Source: Anaerolineae bacterium (lineage in GTDB: Bacteria > Chloroflexota > Anaerolineae > JACIWP01). From it: DNA of 47,867 nt. The position numbers and the translations under genes were made by a program. How positions within the stretch are numbered: the stretch's first letter is position 1; the number at the start of each line of letters is the position of its first letter. The notes beneath the pieces are model-generated. The model ran no database searches, was not told where the DNA came from, and saw only the letters and a list, made by a program, of their open reading frames with translations. Shown in pieces: positions 43,815-47,867 of this stretch. The stretch covers positions 1 to 47,867 of the forward strand of contig JAPWUQ010000002.1 of NCBI GenBank assembly GCA_028275445.1, in the 5' to 3' direction.

Positions 43815-45137
43815 ATGTGTGACACGCTGGTGGCTCTGGGGAACAGCACGGCGGACGGCAGTGTGCTGTTCGCCAAAAATTCGGACCGGGAGGCCAACGA
43901 GGCTCAAGGGCTGGTGTACTTTCCGCCGGCCCTGCACCGCTCCGACGAGACGGTGAAGTGCACCTTCATCGAAATCCCCCAGGTGCGTGAGACCCTGGGG
44001 GTCATCCTTTCCAAACCCTTCTGGATGTTCGGGTGCGAGATGGGGGCCAACGAGGCCGGCGTCGTCATGGGCAACGAGGCGGTCTTCACCAAACTGCCGT
44101 ATGAGACGAGCGGGCTGACCGGCATGGACCTGATGCGTCTGGCCCTGGAGCGCGCCGATACCGCTCATAAGGCGCTCTATACCATCATCGAGCTGATGGG
44201 CAAGTACGGCCAGTGCGCGCTGGGGGGCTACCGGCACACCATCAAGTATCACAACGCCTTCATCATCGCCGATGCCAAAGAGGCCTATGTGCTGGAGACC
44301 GCCGGCCCGCATTGGGTCGTGGAAAAGGTGCGCGACGTGCGGAGCATCTCCAATGGGCTGTCCATCGGGAGCGAATGGGACGATGCCTCGCCGGGGCTGG
44401 TGGAATACGCTGTCCAGCGGGGATGGTGCCGCTCAAAGGCGGAGTTCCACTTCGCGCGCTGTTACCGCGAGCCGATATACACCTTTTTCAGCGCCAGCTA
44501 TCAGCGCCATGCCTGCACCAGTACTTTCCTGCAGGAGCACAAGGGCCGGCTGACCCCGCGGGATTTGGCGCGCCTCCTGCGCGACCACGGCCCGCACGGC
44601 CAATCCCCTGACTGGCGGCCGGAGCAGGGGCTGTTGATGCAGGTATGCGCCCATGCCTCCTGGGGACCCATTCGCGGGGGCGGTGCCCAGACCGCCGGCT
44701 CCATGATCGCACAGCTCCGGCCGGACGGGGCCACCTTCTGGTTCACGGGCACCGCGGCGCCCTGCACGGGGATCTTCAAGCCGGTCCGCTTTGCCGCCGG
44801 CGAGCGCCTGCCGGCCGTCTTTGGCCCGGAGCCTGGGGCGACATATGACGAACGGGTGCGCTGGTGGCGGCATGAGGTACTGCACCGCGCCGTACTGCTG
44901 GATTACCCGACGCGCATGGCCCTTTATCGCGATGAGCGCGATGCGCTGGAGGGGGAGTTTTTCGCCGGCGGAGAGGGTCCCGATTTCGTGGAGGAGTGCT
45001 TCGCCCGGGCGGATGCCGCCGAACAGGAATGGACGCGGCGCGTGCGCGCAACGCCGGTGCGCCGCCGGCCTGGACTGCTGTACCGCCGCTATTGGGAGGC
45101 GCAGAACCGCGCCGCACAGATGCCGGCGCTGACATGA
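43815..45137 (+). CDS. C69-family/secernin-like Ntn-hydrolase peptidase
   Basis: AAGGAGG (43801-43807) lies 7 nt before ATG 43815, giving MCDTLVALGNSTADGSVLFAKNSDREANEAQ.LVYFP. Cys2 would be the N-terminal nucleophile after Met removal, as in dipeptidase A and secernin. Confidence 0.78.
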   Translation: MCDTLVALGNSTADGSVLFAKNSDREANEAQGLVYFPPALHRSDETVKCTFIEIPQVRETLGVILSKPFWMFGCEMGANEAGVVMGNEAVFTKLPYETSGLTGMDLMRLALERADTAHKALYTIIELMGKYGQCALGGYRHTIKYHNAFIIADAKEAYVLETAGPHWVVEKVRDVRSISNGLSIGSEWDDASPGLVEYAVQRGWCRSKAEFHFARCYREPIYTFFSASYQRHACTSTFLQEHKGRLTPRDLARLLRDHGPHGQSPDWRPEQGLLMQVCAHASWGPIRGGGAQTAGSMIAQLRPDGATFWFTGTAAPCTGIFKPVRFAAGERLPAVFGPEPGATYDERVRWWRHEVLHRAVLLDYPTRMALYRDERDALEGEFFAGGEGPDFVEECFARADAAEQEWTRRVRATPVRRRPGLLYRRYWEAQNRAAQMPALT

Positions 45138-45150
45138 AAGGGCGCACCGC

Positions 45151-45579
45151 ATGGGAGAAACAGCACACGAGGAGATCGCGCAGCGCGCCGGCAGTTTGAT
45201 GCGGCAGGGCTATCACTGAGCGGAGGCCGTCCTGCGCGCCGTTGGCGAGCACTGGTGGGGGGAGTTGGACGAGCGCTTCCTGCGCTCGGCGACCGCCTTC
45301 TGCGGCGGGATCGGCGGCACGCGGGAGGAGCTGTGCGGCGCGTTTTCTGCCGGCGTGATGCTGGTGAGCGCCCGCTACGGCCGGCTCACCCCGCACGAGG
45401 ATGAACTGCCGGCCTATGCCCGTGCGCGCGCCTTTCGTCTGCGCTTCCTCCTGCGCTGGAAGACCCTGCGCTGTGCGCCCCTGCGCGAGCAGGTGTACGG
45501 CCCCGGCGGCCCAGGCTCCTGCGTGGCCGTGGGAGAGGAGACCGTCCGCATCCTCCTAAGCCTGCTGGAGGGCACATGA
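45151..45579 (+). CDS. C-GCAxxG-C-C family putative redox protein with in-frame TGA (candidate selenocysteine U23; alternative is a nonsense pseudogene)
   Basis: ATG 45151 opens MGETAHEEIAQRAGSLMRQGYH, then TGA (45217-45219), then the same frame continues AEAVLRAVGEHWWGELDERFLRSATAFCGGIGGTREELCGAFSAGVMLVSARYG...LRCAPL...SCVAVGEETV to TGA 45577-45579. The family motif G-[FY]-N-C-A-[EQ]-A-V-L places the TGA at the first invariant Cys. Confidence 0.6.
45233..45251 (+). promoter_or_regulatory. Candidate bacterial SECIS-like hairpin downstream of the in-frame UGA
   Basis: UGCGCGCC-GUU-GGCGAGCA forms 7 Watson-Crick pairs plus one G.A mismatch. The apical loop contains GU and lies about 24 nt after the U of UGA. 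This was folded by eye only. Confidence 0.3.
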
Positions 45580-46844
45580 GCAGTCCGCCGGCGTCCTCTG
45601 TCCCTGTCCCCCGCTTGTTACTGCCACTGGGCGCGGCGGTCATCCTCTCGCTGACCGGCGACCAGACCATGTATGCCTCCCTGGCCACCCAGACGGAGGT
45701 GGTGCGCATCAGCATAACGGCGGTGGGGGTCATGCTGGGCGTGAACCGCCTGGTGCGCATCCCCGGCAATCCATTGGGGGGATGGCTGGTGGACCGCTTT
45801 GGCCGGCGGCGTCCCTTTATTGCCGGCATGCTGTTGGGGGCCGTTTCCACCGCGCTGTGCGGCCTGGCGGTGGGCTTCTGGCCGCTCCTGCTGGCGCGCG
45901 CCCTGTGGGGCATCGCCTGGACGCTGATCAACGTCACCGCCATGACCATGGTCATGGATATCACCACGCCGGCAGACCGCGGCCGGACGGCCGGCCTGTA
46001 TCAAATCTCGGTGCTGATGGGCCTTTCCATCATGGCGGTCGGCAGTGGCGCGCTGGTGGACACCCTGGGGTTCCGGCAGACGCTGTTCCTGGGCGCCGGC
46101 GTCACCGGCGTGGGGCTGTTGATCGCTTTGCTGGCCCTGCCGGAGACCGCGCCGGCCCTCCGGCGGTTTCCGCCGGAGCCCGTTGGACGGTGGAGCTGGC
46201 GGCGGGTCAGGGATGGCCTGCGCCGGCAGATCACCCCACCCATCCTCATTTCCATCATCCTGTATGCGCTGACCAATCTGGCCGGCAACGGCGTGGTGAT
46301 GTCAACGGTGGGACTGCTCCTGCGCCTGCGCTACGGCGAGGTGGTCCCGTTGGGGGATCGCGCCATCGGTGTGCCGACGCTGGCCGGCCTTCTGCTGGGC
46401 ATTGGCCCTATCATGGGCATCATCGCCGGCCCGCTCGCCGGCTGGCTCTCGGACCGGGCCGGCCAGCGTTGGCGGGTGATGCGCTGGGGGCTGGCGTTGG
46501 GCATTCTCGGTTTTGCCCTGCTGTCCCTTGACGGCGCAGTGGCGGTCATCGCCGCCGGCGTGATGGTGGCGGCGTTCGCCGACGGCATCCTGACCCCTAC
46601 CACCATGGCGCAGACGGGGGACCTATCGCGGCGGGAGCGGCAGGGGGTGCTCATGGGGCTGTATGCCGCCGGCGGGGATCTGGGGAGCGCGGCCGGCCCC
46701 TTCCTGGCATATGCGCTGGCGTACCTGCTGGAGCTGAAATGGGTGTACGTCCTCTGCATGGTGCTCTATTTCCTCGCCCTGCTGGCGACGTGGAGCGTTG
46801 GCAGGGAACGGGCCTCTTCGCCTCGGGAGATTCCCTCTTTGTGA
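45576..46844 (+). CDS. MFS transporter
   Basis: The 422-aa protein has about 12 predicted TM segments and the MFS loop motif GWLVDRFGRRRP between TM2 and TM3. ATG 45576 overlaps the upstream stop (ATGA). Confidence 0.85.
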   Translation: MSSPPASSVPVPRLLLPLGAAVILSLTGDQTMYASLATQTEVVRISITAVGVMLGVNRLVRIPGNPLGGWLVDRFGRRRPFIAGMLLGAVSTALCGLAVGFWPLLLARALWGIAWTLINVTAMTMVMDITTPADRGRTAGLYQISVLMGLSIMAVGSGALVDTLGFRQTLFLGAGVTGVGLLIALLALPETAPALRRFPPEPVGRWSWRRVRDGLRRQITPPILISIILYALTNLAGNGVVMSTVGLLLRLRYGEVVPLGDRAIGVPTLAGLLLGIGPIMGIIAGPLAGWLSDRAGQRWRVMRWGLALGILGFALLSLDGAVAVIAAGVMVAAFADGILTPTTMAQTGDLSRRERQGVLMGLYAAGGDLGSAAGPFLAYALAYLLELKWVYVLCMVLYFLALLATWSVGRERASSPREIPSL

Positions 46845-46868
46845 TGCTTTCCTCACCTGTGCTATAAT
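46839..46868 (+). promoter_or_regulatory. Candidate promoter for the cytochrome c / ABC1 kinase pair
   Basis: TTGTGA (46839-46844), an 18-nt spacer, then TGC-TATAAT (-10 at 46863-46868). Confidence 0.45.
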
Positions 46869-46927
46869 CAGGTCAATCTTGAGCCTGGCAGTTCTGGTGC
46901 CATCATCATGCCGGAGGAGTGTGCGCG

Positions 46928-47254
46928 ATGCGTCGTTCATGGTGGCGGGTGGTAGCAGTGCTGGCGCTGGTGCTGTTGCTGGCGCCGGCGGGGTGTCAGA
47001 AAGCGGCAGAGCCCGCGGAGAGCGATCAGCCGCCGCCCACGCCGGTGGCGGCACAGGTGTTTGCCGCCAACTGCGCCGGCTGTCACGGTGAGCAGGGGCA
47101 GGGGGCGCGCGGGCCGGCCATCAAGCCCAGCAAGCGGAGCGAGCAGGAGCTGTTCCTCATCATCGCGGACGGCCGCGGGGAGATGCCGGCCTTTCGCGGC
47201 CGGCTGGCGGAATCCGAAGTGCAGGCGCTCATCTCCTTCCTGCGCGGCGAGTAG
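46928..47254 (+). CDS. Small membrane-tethered (lipoprotein) class I c-type cytochrome
   Basis: GGAGGAG lies 8 nt upstream of ATG 46928. The N-terminus MRRSWWRVVAVLALVLLLAPAGC has a lipobox. The heme motif is CAGCH and the distal Met is in GEMPAF. Confidence 0.85.
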   Translation: MRRSWWRVVAVLALVLLLAPAGCQKAAEPAESDQPPPTPVAAQVFAANCAGCHGEQGQGARGPAIKPSKRSEQELFLIIADGRGEMPAFRGRLAESEVQALISFLRGE

Positions 47255-47265
47255 GTGGGACGCGG

Positions 47266-47867
47266 GTGCTTCCAGGTCTGCCCCCGTTCGGCCGGCATGT
47301 CCAGCATCTGCGCCGCTATCAGCAGATCGCCCGCGTCCTGATCCGCCACGGCTTTGACAATGTGGTGGAACAGCTTGGTCTGCTGACCCGGCTGGCACTG
47401 CCGTGGCGGGTCTCGGAGCGGGTGCGTCCCATCGCGCCCTTGACGCCGGCGGAGCACCTGCGTCTGGCTATCGAGGAGCTGGGCCCGACCTTCGTGAAAT
47501 TGGGGCAGATGCTCTCCACGCGCCCTGATTTACTGCCGCCGGCGTATCTGCACGAGCTGTCTAAACTCCGCGATGAGGTTCCTCCGTTCCCCTCGGAGCA
47601 GGCCCGCGCCATTGTGGAGGCGGAGCTGGGCGCTCCCATTGACCAGTTATTCCGTTCCTTTGATGAGAAGGTGCTGGCGGCCGCTTCCTTAGGGCAGGTG
47701 CACGGCGCTGTCCTGCCCGACGGCAGTGAGGTGGTGGTCAAGGTCCTGCGCCCCAATATCCGCCGCATCGTCGAGGTGGACCTGGACATCCTGTACGACA
47801 TGGCGCGGCTGGCGGAAGAGCGCACTGCCTTCGGCAGGATGTATGCCTTCACGGAGCTGGCGGACGA
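47266..47867 (+). CDS. ABC1/UbiB-family atypical protein kinase, N-terminal part (3' end outside window)
   Basis: GTG 47266 has GGTGGGA 5 nt upstream. The translation is ...YQQIARVLIRHGFDNVVEQLGL...LRLAIEELGPTFVKLGQMLSTRPDLLPPAYLHELSKLRDEVPPFPSEQARAIVEAELGAPIDQLF.SFDEKVLAAASLGQVHGAVLPDGSEVVVKVLRPNI, the canonical ABC1 N-terminal signature. It is not in the ORF track because it runs off the window. Confidence 0.85.
   Translation, partial: MLPGLPPFGRHVQHLRRYQQIARVLIRHGFDNVVEQLGLLTRLALPWRVSERVRPIAPLTPAEHLRLAIEELGPTFVKLGQMLSTRPDLLPPAYLHELSKLRDEVPPFPSEQARAIVEAELGAPIDQLFRSFDEKVLAAASLGQVHGAVLPDGSEVVVKVLRPNIRRIVEVDLDILYDMARLAEERTAFGRMYAFTELAD

Noticed and set aside
45265-45579. Stand-alone 104-aa ORF starting at TTG 45265
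   Set aside because: This start has no RBS and would remove the conserved N-terminal motif of the C-GCAxxG-C-C family. That motif is encoded in the same frame upstream, interrupted only by TGA 45217. I replaced this ORF with the read-through (Sec or pseudogene) model.
1-47867. Search for mobile elements, prophage or defence genes, CRISPR arrays, and rRNA or tRNA genes
   Set aside because: I saw no transposase, integrase or recombinase motifs, no terminal inverted repeats flanking a cargo, no regularly spaced direct repeats and no tRNA cloverleaf candidates. Apart from the two AT-richer leaders, composition looks uniform by eye. No GC or codon statistics were computed.

Overview
This is a GC-rich bacterial chromosomal window. 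It is probably Chloroflexota, inferred only from a DUF2298/chlor_Arch_YYY motif (GGEKPMEF...INYYYYG) in one protein. No rRNA, tRNA, CRISPR array, transposase or integrase was seen. The core is a complete 13-gene minus-strand nuo operon (nuoA-B-CD-E-F-G-H-I-J-K-L-M-N, with nuoC and nuoD fused), driven by an exact TTGACA-17-TATAAT promoter. The rest is mostly cell-envelope and secreted functions. These include a roughly 1640-aa TPPII-like S8 protease carrying cohesin and dockerin modules, followed by a small cohesin protein with a PEP-CTERM-like tail. There is also a roughly 1730-aa fusion of a GT-C glycosyltransferase, DUF2298 and TPR repeats, divergent from a membrane-anchored LuxR-HTH/Kelch regulator. 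Further along are an operon of a HIT/GalT-like enzyme, a triple-CxxC thioredoxin/DsbD-like membrane protein, AlaX and an MBL hydrolase, then LysM and LysM-M23 wall hydrolases. Two tandem clan GH-A hydrolase paralogs follow (one fused to a catalytically degenerate GH18-like module), then a C69/secernin-like peptidase. The strongest single signal is at 45151-45579. An in-frame TGA sits exactly at the first invariant Cys of a C-GCAxxG-C-C family redox protein, so this is a candidate selenoprotein that ORF calling splits, and its stop is coupled (ATGA) to an MFS transporter. Two roughly 300-nt untranslated leaders behind good sigma-70-type promoters, upstream of the protease and of the GH gene, remain unexplained. 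Many long antisense ORFs in the supplied track are GC-driven shadows and were rejected. All family assignments rest on motif recognition by eye; no searches were run.
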